Shown here piece by piece: positions 32,753 through 43,330 of a stretch of DNA of 64,000 bases (the stretch's first letter is position 1; each line of letters opens with the position of its first letter). The position numbers were made by a program, and so were the translations under genes. Source of the stretch: an uncultured Halanaerobiales bacterium (GTDB lineage: Bacteria; Bacillota; Halanaerobiia; Halanaerobiales; M55B127); the NCBI GenBank assembly GCA_964526845.1, contig CAZGMM010000001.1, positions 1,970 through 65,969 on the forward strand, read 5' to 3'. The notes beneath the pieces were generated by a model. That model did no database searches and was not told the DNA's origin. It worked only from the letters and a program-made list of their open reading frames with translations.

Positions 32753-33742
32753 ATGAGAAGAGCAACTATAACAGGCTGGGGAAAATATTTACCCCCAAAT
32801 GTTATGACTAATAAAGACTTAGAAAAGATAGTTGATACAACCGATGAATGGATCCAAAAGAGAACTGGTATCAAAAAAAGAAGAATAGCAGATGAAGATA
32901 CTGCTACCTCTGATTTGGCTTTAGAAGCATCAAAAGCTGCCCTTGAAAAAGCTAATTTAGACCCTAAAGAGCTAGATTTAATAATTGTTTCAACAGTTAC
33001 CCCGGATATGGCTTTTCCAGCCACAGCCTGTATAATTCAGGATAAAATAGGGGCAGAAAAGGCAGCTGCCTTTGATTTAGAAGCGGGTTGTTCAGGTTTT
33101 GTTTATGGTTTAAGTGTAGGAGCCCAGTTTATTGAAAGTGGACTATATGATAATGTATTAGTTATTGGAGCTGAAACACTCTCCAAAATTACGGACTGGG
33201 ATGATAGAAATACCTGTGTCCTTTTTGGTGATGGAGCCGGAGCAGCTGTTTTACAACCCACAGAAAAAGGTGGTTTTCTTTCCTTTGATCTGGGTTCAGA
33301 CGGTAGTGGTGCCGATGCCCTCTATATGGAAGCAGGTGGTTCCAAGAAACCGGCCAGCCTAGAAACCGTAAAAAACAGGCAGCATTATATCCGGATGGAA
33401 GGTAATCCGGTATTTAAGTTTGCTGTTAAAACTATGAAAAATGCTTCAAAAGATGTACTAAAAAAAGCAAACCTTACAACTGATGATATAGATTTATTGA
33501 TTCCACATCAGGCTAACACCCGTATAATTAAATCGGCCCGTCGTAGGCTGAAATTAGATGAGGAAGAAGTATATGTTAATTTACCGGAAGTAGGTAATAC
33601 TTCCAGTGCATCCGTTGCTATAGCACTGACTGAAGCAGTTGAAAAAGGTAAAATCCAAAACGGAGACCATGTTTTATTAGTTGCCTTTGGAGCAGGTCTC
33701 ACCTGGGCAGCTGGCGTGTTAGAGTGGAATCAAAATATTTAA
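32753..33742 (+). CDS. fabH: 3-oxoacyl-ACP synthase III
   Basis: LEAGCSGFVYGL contains the active-site Cys. 329 aa. Confidence 0.95.
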   Translation: MRRATITGWGKYLPPNVMTNKDLEKIVDTTDEWIQKRTGIKKRRIADEDTATSDLALEASKAALEKANLDPKELDLIIVSTVTPDMAFPATACIIQDKIGAEKAAAFDLEAGCSGFVYGLSVGAQFIESGLYDNVLVIGAETLSKITDWDDRNTCVLFGDGAGAAVLQPTEKGGFLSFDLGSDGSGADALYMEAGGSKKPASLETVKNRQHYIRMEGNPVFKFAVKTMKNASKDVLKKANLTTDDIDLLIPHQANTRIIKSARRRLKLDEEEVYVNLPEVGNTSSASVAIALTEAVEKGKIQNGDHVLLVAFGAGLTWAAGVLEWNQNI

Positions 33743-33760
33743 ATAGGAGAGTGAGCTACA

Positions 33761-34690
33761 ATGAGTGAGAATATAGCTTTTGTATTTCCTGGTCAGGGAT
33801 CTCAGTATGTGGAAATGGGCAAAGATTTCTATGATAACTTTGCAGTGGCCAGAGAATACTTTGATAAAGCAAATCAGGTATTAGATATAGATTTAAAGAA
33901 ATTATGTTTTGAAGGACCGGAAGCAGAGTTAACCGAAACTCAAAATACCCAACCTGCTATCTTTACGGTTAGTATGATAGCTTATGAAATATTAAAAGAT
34001 AAGGGTGTTGAACCTTCCATGGTAGCGGGACATAGTTTAGGAGAATATGCTGCCCTTTGTGCTGCCGGGGTATTTGATTTTGAGACCGGTTTAAAGTTAG
34101 TAAGAAGAAGAGGGGAGTTAATGGCCTCAGCTGTTTCGGATGGTTCTAAGGGAACTATGGCAGCTATTATTGCGTTAGACCGCGAAAAAATTGAAGAGAT
34201 ATGTGAGGAAGTTGAGGGAGTTTGTGAACTGGCAAATATTAATTCCCCGATGCAGATTGTGATATCAGGTGAAGAAGAAGCTGTTCATGCAGCCATGCAA
34301 AAAGCTGATGAAGCAGGTGCAAAGAAGGTTGTAGAACTAAATGTCAGCTCAGCTTTTCACTCTCAGCTTATGGAACCTGCTAAAAATAAGCTTAAAGAAT
34401 ATATACAAAGTATGGAATTTAATGATCCCCGAGTTCCCGTTATTGCCAACAGTACAGCCGATTTTGTAAAAAACAAAGAGGAAATCGTGTCTGCCTTGGA
34501 AAAGCAGTTAACAAATCCAGTTAGGTGGGTAGAAAGCATGGAACTTATGGGTGAAAATGGTATAGAACGTGCTTTAGAAGTTGGACCAGGGAGAGTACTA
34601 AAGTCATTGATGAGAAGAATAGACCGATCTATTAAAACATACAATATACAGGATAATGCTAGTTTAGAAAAAGCAATGAAAAAAATATAA
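33761..34690 (+). CDS. fabD: Malonyl-CoA:ACP transacylase
   Basis: GHSLGEY motif, 309 aa. Confidence 0.95.
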   Translation: MSENIAFVFPGQGSQYVEMGKDFYDNFAVAREYFDKANQVLDIDLKKLCFEGPEAELTETQNTQPAIFTVSMIAYEILKDKGVEPSMVAGHSLGEYAALCAAGVFDFETGLKLVRRRGELMASAVSDGSKGTMAAIIALDREKIEEICEEVEGVCELANINSPMQIVISGEEEAVHAAMQKADEAGAKKVVELNVSSAFHSQLMEPAKNKLKEYIQSMEFNDPRVPVIANSTADFVKNKEEIVSALEKQLTNPVRWVESMELMGENGIERALEVGPGRVLKSLMRRIDRSIKTYNIQDNASLEKAMKKI

Positions 34691-34709
34691 ATCAGGAGGT
34701 AAATTTGTT

Positions 34710-35954
34710 ATGAGTAATAGAGTTGTAATTACAGGACTGGGTGTTGTATCTTCACTTGGTATGGAGGTAGACGAGTTCTGGAATAATATTATAAATGGTA
34801 AGTCTGGTATTTCTAAAATTGAAGGTTTTGACCCGGAAGGATATTCTAGTCAGATTGCATCGGAAATAAAGGATTTTGATCCCGGTGATTATATCGACCG
34901 GAAAGACGCCAAAAGAATGGCAAAATTTACCCAATATGCAGTTTATGCAGCCATGAAAGCATTGGAAAATGCCGGGTTAGAAGTTACTGATGATATTGCC
35001 AATGATACCGGTGTCATAATTGGTTCAGGTATTGGTGGTATTGAAGTATTTGAAAAACAGATGGAAAGATTAGTAAAAAGAGGGCCCCGTAGAATCAGTC
35101 CTTTCTTTATTCCCATGATGATCTCAAACATGGCAGCCGGACAGGTGGCAATTTATGCAAATGCCAAGGGTCCGAACAGCAATGAGGTAACTGCCTGTGC
35201 GTCTGGTACCCATTCGATAGGTGAATCTATGGAGATTATCAAAAGAGGGGATGCCAAGGTGATGATTTCCGGTGGAGCTGAAGCTTCTATTACACCTTCA
35301 GCAGTAGCTGGTTTCAGTAATATGAAGGCCCTTTCTACCCGTAATGATGAACCAACCAAAGCCAGTCGTCCTTTTGATAAAGAAAGAGATGGTTTTGTAA
35401 TAGGTGAAGGGAGCGGAATATTAGTTCTGGAAGATTATGAATTTGCTAAAAAACGGGGAGCTAATATTATAGCTGAAATAAGCGGCTATGGAATGTCTGC
35501 TGATGCCTATCATATGACCCAACCTGCTCCCGGGGGAGAAGGAGCTTATAGGGCGATGGAAATGGCTGTGAATAAGGCTAATGTAGAATATGAAGATATT
35601 GGATACATTAATGCCCATGGTACTTCCACACCCTTTAATGATAAACTTGAAACTCAGGCTATCAAAGATTTATTTAAAGAACAGGCCCAAAACCTCGCTG
35701 TCAGTTCGACAAAATCAATGACAGGTCATTTATTAGGAGCTGCGGGAGGAATAGAAGCAATTGCATCCGCTTTAGCCATAAAGAATGATATATTACCTCC
35801 AACAGTTAACTATGAAAATGAAGATCCAGAATGTGACTTAGACTATGTTCCCAATGAAGCCAGAGAAGTCAATGATCTAAAAGCGGTCTTATCTAATTCA
35901 TTTGGTTTTGGTGGACAAAATGCATGTATAGTATTGAATAAAATAAACGAATAA
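34710..35954 (+). CDS. fabF: 3-oxoacyl-ACP synthase II
   Basis: ACASGTH contains the active-site Cys; HGTSTP and GHLLGAAG motifs are present. 414 aa. Confidence 0.95.
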   Translation: MSNRVVITGLGVVSSLGMEVDEFWNNIINGKSGISKIEGFDPEGYSSQIASEIKDFDPGDYIDRKDAKRMAKFTQYAVYAAMKALENAGLEVTDDIANDTGVIIGSGIGGIEVFEKQMERLVKRGPRRISPFFIPMMISNMAAGQVAIYANAKGPNSNEVTACASGTHSIGESMEIIKRGDAKVMISGGAEASITPSAVAGFSNMKALSTRNDEPTKASRPFDKERDGFVIGEGSGILVLEDYEFAKKRGANIIAEISGYGMSADAYHMTQPAPGGEGAYRAMEMAVNKANVEYEDIGYINAHGTSTPFNDKLETQAIKDLFKEQAQNLAVSSTKSMTGHLLGAAGGIEAIASALAIKNDILPPTVNYENEDPECDLDYVPNEAREVNDLKAVLSNSFGFGGQNACIVLNKINE

Positions 35955-35970
35955 TCTAAACATAAAAAAA

Positions 35971-36004
35971 AATAAGGTACGGGTTTTTTGACCCGTACCT
36001 TATT
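35971..36004. terminator. Perfect 14-bp hairpin between convergent fabF and the nitroreductase gene
   Basis: AATAAGGTACGGGT / ACCCGTACCTTATT with a 6-nt loop. An A8 tract lies 5' of it, which reads as a T tract for the minus-strand transcript. Confidence 0.75.
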
Positions 36005-36027
36005 AAATATTTTGATAAATATTTATT

Positions 36028-36510
36028 TTAGAATTCTTCCCAGTTAATTACTTCATCTAGTTCTTTTTTATCGGGATGAGGATTTTCTGCGGGATAACCA
36101 ACCGTTACCATCGAAATTAACTTATATTTTTCTGGTACATTTAAAAGTTTTTTAACTTCTTGGGTATATGGTTTACCATAACTTCCAATCCAGCAAGTAC
36201 CGAGACCAAGTTCTTTCGCTGCTAGTAAGATATAAGTAGTTGCGTTAGACCCATCTTCAAGATGGTGTTTTACATCTTCTGCAAAAACCGCTATACAGGC
36301 GGGAAATTCCTTGCCCTGATCGATAAAATTTTCGAGAGTTTCTATCTTATCTTCTTCTGTCACGACAACAAACTGCCAGGGTTGAACATTGTTTGCAGTA
36401 GGTGCATAACGGGCAGTTTCAACTATTTTTTCTAATTTATTCTTTTCAACTTTTTGATCTTTAAATTCTCTAATTGCTCTTCTAGATTTTAATAATTTAA
36501 TACCTTCCAA
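36028..36510 (-). CDS. Nitroreductase-family flavoprotein
   Basis: 160 aa; RRAIREF...PTANNVQPWQF pattern of the NfnB/nitroreductase fold. Confidence 0.85.
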   Translation of the reverse strand: MEGIKLLKSRRAIREFKDQKVEKNKLEKIVETARYAPTANNVQPWQFVVVTEEDKIETLENFIDQGKEFPACIAVFAEDVKHHLEDGSNATTYILLAAKELGLGTCWIGSYGKPYTQEVKKLLNVPEKYKLISMVTVGYPAENPHPDKKELDEVINWEEF

Positions 36511-36737
36511 AATAATATCCCCCTCTTTTTTTGTTATGTACTTTGAACCATATCCATTATATTAGATAATCTTTGTGAATACATTAGAAAATATAACGAA
36601 AAATGTTACATAAAATTGTTTATATTTACAAAAGGAAAAAGAGGAATATAGTGAGAATTAATATATAGGGGTAATATTTGAAATAATTACCATAATAATC
36701 TTTTAAACTATTAATAGGAGGTGAGGAGAGAGTATAA

Positions 36738-36772
36738 ATTAATATCATATTAAATACAGATTAATATCATAT
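36738..36772 (+). promoter_or_regulatory. Two identical 13-nt direct repeats just upstream of the permease RBS (candidate operator)
   Basis: ATTAATATCATAT occurs at 36738-36750 and again at 36760-36772, a 22-nt period. Confidence 0.35.
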
Positions 36773-36797
36773 CTTATTTTTAAAGGAGGAATAATTA

Positions 36798-38045
36798 ATG
36801 GAATCACGAGAAGAACAAGCTGTAAGGGATGTTAGTAAGCTTCCCAGATCGCAAGCGATCTTTCTTGGTTTACAGCACGCATTAGCAATGTTCGGAGCTA
36901 CCATTTTAGTACCAATCTTAACAGGCTTACATGTAAGTGTAGCCTTATTTACTGCAGGTGTTGGTACCTGGCTATTTCACTTCATTACAAAGAAAAAGGT
37001 GCCTGCCTATCTAGGTTCTTCATTTGCATTCATTGCACCTATATCATTAGTTATTGAACAGCACGGTGGCATTCCCGCCGCTCAGGGTGGTATTATAGCT
37101 GCTGGTCTTATTTATGCTGTTGTTGCATTTATCATTTATAAAGTAGGACCTAGTTTAATTAAGAAGATATTCCCACCAGTTGTTACTGGTCCAGTTATTA
37201 TACTAATCGGTACTATCTTAGCTCCAACTGCAATTGATATGTCAACCGGTAGTACACTTAATGTTGTTGTCGCTATTGCAGCTTTAGCTGGTGCAGTAAT
37301 TGCTGCTATCTTTGCCAAAGGATTCTTTAAACTTGTTCCTATTATTGTTGGTTTGGTAACTGGTTATATCGTAGCGGTAATTGTAGGAATGGTAGACTTT
37401 TCACCAGTTGTGAATAATGCTTGGATTGGTCTACCTGATTTTACAGTCCCGGCTATTAATATTACAGCCATTACCATTATAGCTCCCGTTGCAATAGTAT
37501 CAATGGTTGAGCACGTTGGAGATATCTTAGCTATTAGTGAAACCATTGGTAAGGGAAGAGAACTAGTTACCGATCCTGGTATTCATAGAACCATGCTTGG
37601 TGATGGTATGGCAACCGCACTTGCTGGTATATTCGGCGGACCACCAAACACCACCTATGGTGAAAACACTGGTGTACTAGCTATTACTAAGGTATATGAC
37701 CCAGTTGTTATGAGAATTGGTGCTACCTTTGCAATCGCTATGGCTATTGTTCCTAAGTTCGGGGGACTAATTGAAACTATTCCTAATCCTGTTATTGGTG
37801 GTATTTCATTCCTCCTATATGGAATGATTGCTACTATCGGTATTAGGACCTTAGTTGAAAGCCAAACCGACCTTAAGATTTCAAGAAACTTAGTAATCGT
37901 TGCAACAGTTATTGTCTTGGGTCTTGGTGGCGCTACACTTCAACTTGGAAGAGTAGAATTTTCTAGTTTAGCACTTGCAGCTCTTGCCGGTGTTGTCTTG
38001 AACCTAATTCTTCCTGGTGGAGAAGAAGAATTTGCTCAAACGTAA
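36798..38045 (+). CDS. NCS2/NAT-family nucleobase permease, UraA/PyrP (uracil)-like
   Basis: 415 aa with LQHALAMFGATILVP, AYLGSSFAF and TTYGENTGVLAITKVY motifs. It matches E. coli UraA closely along its length, as I recall that sequence. Confidence 0.88.
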   Translation: MESREEQAVRDVSKLPRSQAIFLGLQHALAMFGATILVPILTGLHVSVALFTAGVGTWLFHFITKKKVPAYLGSSFAFIAPISLVIEQHGGIPAAQGGIIAAGLIYAVVAFIIYKVGPSLIKKIFPPVVTGPVIILIGTILAPTAIDMSTGSTLNVVVAIAALAGAVIAAIFAKGFFKLVPIIVGLVTGYIVAVIVGMVDFSPVVNNAWIGLPDFTVPAINITAITIIAPVAIVSMVEHVGDILAISETIGKGRELVTDPGIHRTMLGDGMATALAGIFGGPPNTTYGENTGVLAITKVYDPVVMRIGATFAIAMAIVPKFGGLIETIPNPVIGGISFLLYGMIATIGIRTLVESQTDLKISRNLVIVATVIVLGLGGATLQLGRVEFSSLALAALAGVVLNLILPGGEEEFAQT

Positions 38046-38111
38046 AAACAAATTAAATATCATAAAGATATAATAGTTAAGTTAATAATAAACTTATAAT
38101 AATTAACAATA

Positions 38112-38141
38112 AAGGCAACCTTCTGGGTTGCCTTTTTTTAT
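38112..38141 (+). terminator. Rho-independent terminator after the permease
   Basis: GGCAACC / GGTTGCC stem followed by T7. Confidence 0.7.
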
Positions 38142-38210
38142 TCAATACTTACAAACAACAAAATAATTAAGAAAAAAATGTTGTGAGTTCTTCCATATTG
38201 AGTTTATCTG

Positions 38211-38219
38211 TGTTATAAT
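38211..38219 (+). promoter_or_regulatory. Extended -10 promoter element for the pucR-like operon
   Basis: TGtTATAAT at 38211-38219. The -35 region is weak (TTCCAT). Confidence 0.45.
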
Positions 38220-38266
38220 GCTATATGTATTATTCACAAATAAACTTTCTCAGGATGGTGAAATTG

Positions 38267-39940
38267 ATGAAAGAGTTAATTGGAATAACTATGGCAGATG
38301 CTTTGAACCTAGAAAAGATGAAAGAAGTCGAGGTTTTAGCTGGTGAAAAAGGTTTAGACCGTCATATTACCAAAGTAAATATTATGGAAGTTCCCGATAT
38401 TGTAGACTGGGTTAAAGAGGGGGAACTTTTATTTACCACCCTTTATTCCATTAAAGATGATGAAAAAGCTTTAAAAAACCTCGTTCCTAATTTAGCCAAG
38501 AAGAATTTAGCCGGCCTGGGTATTAAACCGGGAAGGTATATCAATGAAATACCTTCATTTATGGTTGAGCAGGCTGAGCTGCATAACTTTCCTTTACTTA
38601 AAATTCCTTATGATTTTTCCTTTTCAGAATTTATCAACCCTATTCTAAGTGAAATTCTTAATGTTCAGACCAGATTTTTAGAAAAAACTTTAAATATTCA
38701 TGAAGTACTTACCAATACTGTACTATATGAAAATGGACTGGATAGATTGTCTACAGTTTTAGTAGATATGATTAAAAATCCAGTTTTAATCACAGATTCT
38801 AATGTGACGATGATGTCCTATTCCATACCGGATGAATACAGTGGTGAGATTACAAAAGAGGATCTTATGGAAACGGTTGCTATCAATGGTAAAAGAGAAA
38901 CTGAAGAAGAGATCTACGGTTACCGCTGTAAGAAAAAACAGGTAAATTTAAATGGGAAAGAATTGGACTTAATAAAAATACCCATAATTACTCCCAATAG
39001 TCATTTTGGTTATTTATTTGCCTGGGAATATGGTAAAAGCGCTAATAAGTTAGATCTATCCACCCTTAAGTGGGCAAGTACTATTGCTGCCCTAGATATT
39101 TTAAATACCCGTTCTCTGACTAATGTTGAGTTAAAATATAAGAATGAATTAATCTATGATATTTTAAAAGGTAAACTCAATAATAAACAAACTATTGTCA
39201 ATCGCGGTCAGAATATGGGCATGCAATTGGATAAAGGTTTCTCAGTTGTAGTTTTTGAATTAAAAGATCTCATCAATAAAAAGTTTACAAATAAGGGCCT
39301 TTTAAATGAAAATTTACAAAAGGCGTACTTAGAATCTGCTAAAAGAATAGTTGATGAAGATATCATTATGGGAGATTTGGGCACTTACTTAATCACTCTT
39401 TATCCAGATCAAGAAAAAGATAAAGAAGCTATAGAAGAGTTTGCTCAGAAAGTATTAAATGTTATAGATAAAGAAGATAGAGAGTTAGTAACAGTGGGAG
39501 TAGGTAATCATAAAAATGATATTATTAACCTCTATGAAAGTTACTCTCAGGCCAAAAGAACTATCAATGTGGCAAGTAAACTAAATAAAGAAGATCAGGT
39601 ATTCTTCTTTGATGACTTAGGTGTATATAAGTTACTTTACAAAATCGATAAAGAAGAAAAAAATAGTTTCTTAGAAAATTCCATAATACCATTATTAAAG
39701 TACGATAAGGCCCATAATACAGAGCTATTAAAGACACTAAAAGCCTATTTTGAGGAGAATGGAAATCTGACCAATGTGGCCAAAAAAATATATATACACT
39801 ATAATACAGTCCATTACAGATTAAAAAGGATCGAAAAGATAACAGGCCTTAGTTTAGAGAATCCAGATGACAAATTAAACCTTGAAATTGCTTTAAAAAT
39901 GCTGAACTTTACAGATATTCTGGGTGGGGAAAATGCATGA
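38267..39940 (+). CDS. PucR-family (purine catabolism regulator-like) transcriptional regulator
   Basis: N-terminal PucR-type sensory domain and a C-terminal HTH (NVAKKIYIHYNTVHYRLKRIEKITG). I prefer the ATG at 38267 because the ORF-track start at 38225 lies at or inside the predicted promoter. Confidence 0.85.
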   Translation: MKELIGITMADALNLEKMKEVEVLAGEKGLDRHITKVNIMEVPDIVDWVKEGELLFTTLYSIKDDEKALKNLVPNLAKKNLAGLGIKPGRYINEIPSFMVEQAELHNFPLLKIPYDFSFSEFINPILSEILNVQTRFLEKTLNIHEVLTNTVLYENGLDRLSTVLVDMIKNPVLITDSNVTMMSYSIPDEYSGEITKEDLMETVAINGKRETEEEIYGYRCKKKQVNLNGKELDLIKIPIITPNSHFGYLFAWEYGKSANKLDLSTLKWASTIAALDILNTRSLTNVELKYKNELIYDILKGKLNNKQTIVNRGQNMGMQLDKGFSVVVFELKDLINKKFTNKGLLNENLQKAYLESAKRIVDEDIIMGDLGTYLITLYPDQEKDKEAIEEFAQKVLNVIDKEDRELVTVGVGNHKNDIINLYESYSQAKRTINVASKLNKEDQVFFFDDLGVYKLLYKIDKEEKNSFLENSIIPLLKYDKAHNTELLKTLKAYFEENGNLTNVAKKIYIHYNTVHYRLKRIEKITGLSLENPDDKLNLEIALKMLNFTDILGGENA

Positions 39941-40769
39941 TTATGTGATTGAAGGAAATCTGGTAGATGAAAATTATGGCTTAACAGGCCGGATAATAAG
40001 TAAATTTGACCATGTAATAAATATTAAAACCGATGAGCACAAAGGCTTTGCAGTAACTGATAGTAAGGTCGTCCTGGCCCCCTACCATGTAAGTATACCA
40101 GATTATATTTTCAGAAAAATAATAGGTAAAGTCAAAAAAAACACTAAAATACAGATAAACAGTCATGAAATAGTATATAATAAAAGAAAATTCACTTATG
40201 AAAAAAAGCATATTTTTAAAGGGGAAATAAAGGATTGTTCTGTTATAAAAAGAGGAGAGTTAATAGATTGGACTGAGAAAGTTATAAAAGATACGGTTGG
40301 ATTAGGAAGTTTAGACCAAACCATTTTAAAGTATCAAAAAATTATTAATAATTTAGATGGTCATGATTTAACAGTTTTACAACATGAATTTTACAAAAAA
40401 TTAAAAAATATAATAGAAGGAAAAACCTCTATCAATGAGTTAATCGGATTGGGTATTGGGCTAACGCCCACTGGTGATGATTTCATAGTAGGTTATTTAT
40501 CAGCGGTAGAAGCTAATTTAATAGAAGATAAACTAAATATAGTTAATCAAATAAGTGTTGGTGAGATCTTTGATAAAACTACCAGGGTAAGTGCCCTACA
40601 TTTAAAGGGAGCCCTAAACCACAAGTATAATGAAAAATTAGTTGATATCTACAAAAATTTAAAACAAGGTAGAGAACAATATATTAAATATGCCAAAAAG
40701 CTAATAAAGGTTGGTAATAGTTCCGGTTTAGATATGCTAACCGGCATTTATTGGGGTCTAATTATGTAA
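39933..40769 (+). CDS. ylbF: DUF2877 protein (E. coli YlbF-like transcarbamylase component)
   Basis: GLGIGLTPTGDDFIVGYL and KVGNSSGLDMLTG match the conserved GLTPxxDD and GHTSGxD blocks of YlbF as I recall them. It overlaps the regulator stop. An alternative GTG start is at 39924. Confidence 0.75.
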   Translation: MHDYVIEGNLVDENYGLTGRIISKFDHVINIKTDEHKGFAVTDSKVVLAPYHVSIPDYIFRKIIGKVKKNTKIQINSHEIVYNKRKFTYEKKHIFKGEIKDCSVIKRGELIDWTEKVIKDTVGLGSLDQTILKYQKIINNLDGHDLTVLQHEFYKKLKNIIEGKTSINELIGLGIGLTPTGDDFIVGYLSAVEANLIEDKLNIVNQISVGEIFDKTTRVSALHLKGALNHKYNEKLVDIYKNLKQGREQYIKYAKKLIKVGNSSGLDMLTGIYWGLIM

Positions 40770-40891
40770 AATTACAACAAAAATATAAAAATATTGTTAA
40801 AAAATAACAAAGGTAAATGGTTCTAAATTATTGAAATTATTATATTGGAAAAAGAGAAAATTACCATAAATATATCAAGGGAGGGACACAG

Positions 40892-42436
40892 TTGAAAGAT
40901 AAAATTCAAGAACTAAAGGAAAAAAGAGAAAAGATTGCTAAAGGTGGCGGTGAAAAAAGAATTGAAAAGCAGCACAATAAAGGTAAATTAACCGCCCGTG
41001 AAAGAATTGATAAGTTATTTGATGAGGGCAGTTTTCAAGAAATAGGGATGTTTGTAGAACATCACTCACAAGACTTAGGTATGGATGAAAAAGAGATTCC
41101 GGCCGATGGTGTAATCACCGGCCAAGGAACTATTGATGGTAGATCAGTTTATGTTTACGCCCAGGACTTTACCACCATGGGTGGATCGTTGGGCGAGATG
41201 CATGCTAAAAAGATCTGTAAAGTTATGGATTTAGCCAAAAAATCAGGTTCTCCATTTATTGCCCTTCTAGACTCTGGTGGAGCAAGAATTCAGGAAGGTG
41301 TTAATTCACTGAAAGGTTATGGAGAAATCTTTAAAAGAAATACCGAAAATTCCGGCGTAATTCCTCAAATATCAGTAATATTAGGCCCCTGTGCCGGTGG
41401 AGCCGTATATTCTCCCGCTATTACTGACTTTGTCTTCATGGTCGACCATACTTCTAAGATGTTCATTACCGGACCTCAGGTTGTTAAATCTGTTACCGGT
41501 GAAGAAGTAAGTGCCGAAGAATTAGGGGGAGGTTCAACCCATAATGAAGTAAGTGGGGTGGCTCACTTCCTGGCAGATAATGAAGAACACAGTTTTGAAC
41601 AAATTAGAAGATTAATTTCTTTTATCCCCAATAACAATTTAGAAGGTGCTCCCGTTGTGGAAACCGATGATTCTCCGGAAAGAGTGGAAGAAGAATTAAA
41701 AGATATCGTACCTATTAATCCAAATAAAGCATATGATATTAGAAATGTAATAGAACTAATTGTAGATGATCAGGATTTCTTTGAAGTTCATAAGTACTAC
41801 GCTAAAAATATTGTAGTCGGTTTTGCCCGTTTAAACGGACGTTCTGTTGGTATTATCGCCAACCAACCAAGTTTTAAAGCGGGAACTTTAGATATAGATT
41901 CCTCTGACAAAGCGGCCAGGTTTATCAGATTCTGTGATTCATTTAATATCCCGATTTTATCATTTACCGATGTGCCTGGTTACTTACCTGGTGTTGAACA
42001 GGAATACGGTGGAGTAATCAGACACGGAGCAAAATTACTATATGCTTATTCAGAAGCCACCGTACCTATGATTAATGTTATCTTAAGAAAGGCCTACGGT
42101 GGAGCCTATATAGCCATGAGCAGTAGACATCTTGGTGCTGACTATGTATTCGCATGGCCAAATGCTGAAATCGCTGTTATGGGTCCACAGGGTGCTGCTA
42201 ATATCATCTTCCGAAAAGAAATTAAAAATGCTGAAAACCCAGAAGAAAAAAGACAGGAAAAGATTGAAGAATACCGAGAAAGTTTTGCAAATCCCTATCG
42301 GGCAGCAGCTGAAGGTTATGTAGATGATGTAATAGATCCCCGTAATACCAGACCAAGAATTATCATGGCCTTAGAATCAGTAATAGGTAAAAGAGAAAGT
42401 CAGCCCAACAAAAAACACGGTAATATACCTTTATAG
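40892..42436 (+). CDS. mmdA: Acyl-CoA carboxyltransferase, methylmalonyl-CoA decarboxylase alpha-subunit type
   Basis: 514 aa. Pattern typical of MmdA and propionyl-CoA carboxylase beta (GKLTARERI..., GGARIQEG, PCAGGAVYSPA, RKAYGGAY). TTG start follows AGGGAGGG. Confidence 0.9.
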   Translation: MKDKIQELKEKREKIAKGGGEKRIEKQHNKGKLTARERIDKLFDEGSFQEIGMFVEHHSQDLGMDEKEIPADGVITGQGTIDGRSVYVYAQDFTTMGGSLGEMHAKKICKVMDLAKKSGSPFIALLDSGGARIQEGVNSLKGYGEIFKRNTENSGVIPQISVILGPCAGGAVYSPAITDFVFMVDHTSKMFITGPQVVKSVTGEEVSAEELGGGSTHNEVSGVAHFLADNEEHSFEQIRRLISFIPNNNLEGAPVVETDDSPERVEEELKDIVPINPNKAYDIRNVIELIVDDQDFFEVHKYYAKNIVVGFARLNGRSVGIIANQPSFKAGTLDIDSSDKAARFIRFCDSFNIPILSFTDVPGYLPGVEQEYGGVIRHGAKLLYAYSEATVPMINVILRKAYGGAYIAMSSRHLGADYVFAWPNAEIAVMGPQGAANIIFRKEIKNAENPEEKRQEKIEEYRESFANPYRAAAEGYVDDVIDPRNTRPRIIMALESVIGKRESQPNKKHGNIPL

Positions 42437-42458
42437 AATATAAAAAGGAGGCATTAAT

Positions 42459-42875
42459 GTGAATCCTCTCGAGCTTTTAAGAGACCCCAGTTTAGTGCAA
42501 TCGATGACCTTAAGTGAAAAGTTAATTTCGGGTCTACAGGTGGCTATATTAGGAATGGTAATAGTATTTTTTATACTATTTCTGTTAATGGTTGTCTTGA
42601 AGATACTTAAGAAGATCTTTTATTCAGAAAAGATGGACTTTAAAGAAGATTCAACCCAAATACAACCGAAAGTCCCTGATGTAGAACTTGAGTTAGATCA
42701 TAAAGAAGAAAAAGTAGCAGCTATTATGGCTGCCATAATGAGTCTTGAAGGTACAGGTGGAAAAAGCAAATTTAGAATAAGAAAGATTACAAGAGTTAAA
42801 GACGATGTGCCGATTTGGGGCCGAGTAGCCCGCGGCGGCGGAATATCAGAAAATAATAAAGGAGAGTTATTATGA
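42459..42875 (+). CDS. mmdD: OadG/MmdD-like small membrane-anchor subunit of a Na+-translocating decarboxylase
   Basis: Single N-terminal transmembrane helix and a VAAIMAAIM motif. GTG start follows AAGGAGG. Confidence 0.75.
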   Translation: MNPLELLRDPSLVQSMTLSEKLISGLQVAILGMVIVFFILFLLMVVLKILKKIFYSEKMDFKEDSTQIQPKVPDVELELDHKEEKVAAIMAAIMSLEGTGGKSKFRIRKITRVKDDVPIWGRVARGGGISENNKGELL

Positions 42876-43303
42876 CTAGAAAATTTAAAGTAAAAGTTAA
42901 TGATGAATTATATGAAGTTGAAGTAGAAGAAGTCCAAAGTGAAGGTCAGACTGTAAGTACCCCAGAAACTCAAACTACTAAATCAGCTCCACAACCAAAA
43001 ACTAGTTCATCTGAAACCAAAAAGCAGAAACCAAAAACTACTTCTAAAGCTAAGAAGAAACCCAGAAAATCTGCCAGTCCGAGTGTAGGTAGTGGGACAG
43101 TAGAAGCTCCCATGACTGGTACAGTCTTGGAAGTTAAAGTGAATGAAGGCGACGAAGTAGCAAATGGAGACTTACTTTTGGTACTTGAAGCTATGAAGAT
43201 GGAAAATGAAGTATATGCACCAGCTTCTGGTAAGGTAACAGAGGTCAATGTAAGCGAAAATCAAAAAGTAGAAGCGGGCGAAGTATTAGTAGTTATAGAA
43301 TAA
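42872..43303 (+). CDS. mmdC: Biotin carboxyl carrier subunit
   Basis: C-terminal biotinyl domain with EAMKMENE, preceded by a Pro/Lys/Thr-rich linker. Confidence 0.9.
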   Translation: MTRKFKVKVNDELYEVEVEEVQSEGQTVSTPETQTTKSAPQPKTSSSETKKQKPKTTSKAKKKPRKSASPSVGSGTVEAPMTGTVLEVKVNEGDEVANGDLLLVLEAMKMENEVYAPASGKVTEVNVSENQKVEAGEVLVVIE

Positions 43304-43330
43304 GTCATAATATGTTAGGAGGTAAGAAAA

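Noticed and set aside
35955-36027. Mobile-element signatures (integrase, transposase, tRNA attachment site, terminal inverted or direct repeats) at the borders of the 18-kb block. The other border, 53976-54101, was also checked.
   Set aside because: None was found by eye. The borders contain only terminator hairpins and a promoter, so I do not call the block a mobile element or genomic island.
36511-36797. A possible purine (guanine/xanthine) riboswitch upstream of the nucleobase permease.
   Set aside because: I read both strands for the conserved purine-riboswitch core (three-way junction with the U/C-rich loop-loop motifs) and found nothing resembling it. The region is plain AT-rich DNA apart from the 13-nt direct repeat.
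38225-38266. The ORF-track start of the PucR-like gene at 38225.
   Set aside because: It lies at the predicted transcription start of the extended -10 promoter (38211-38219). Family-typical N-terminal sequence begins at the ATG at 38267, which has an upstream GGATGGTG RBS.
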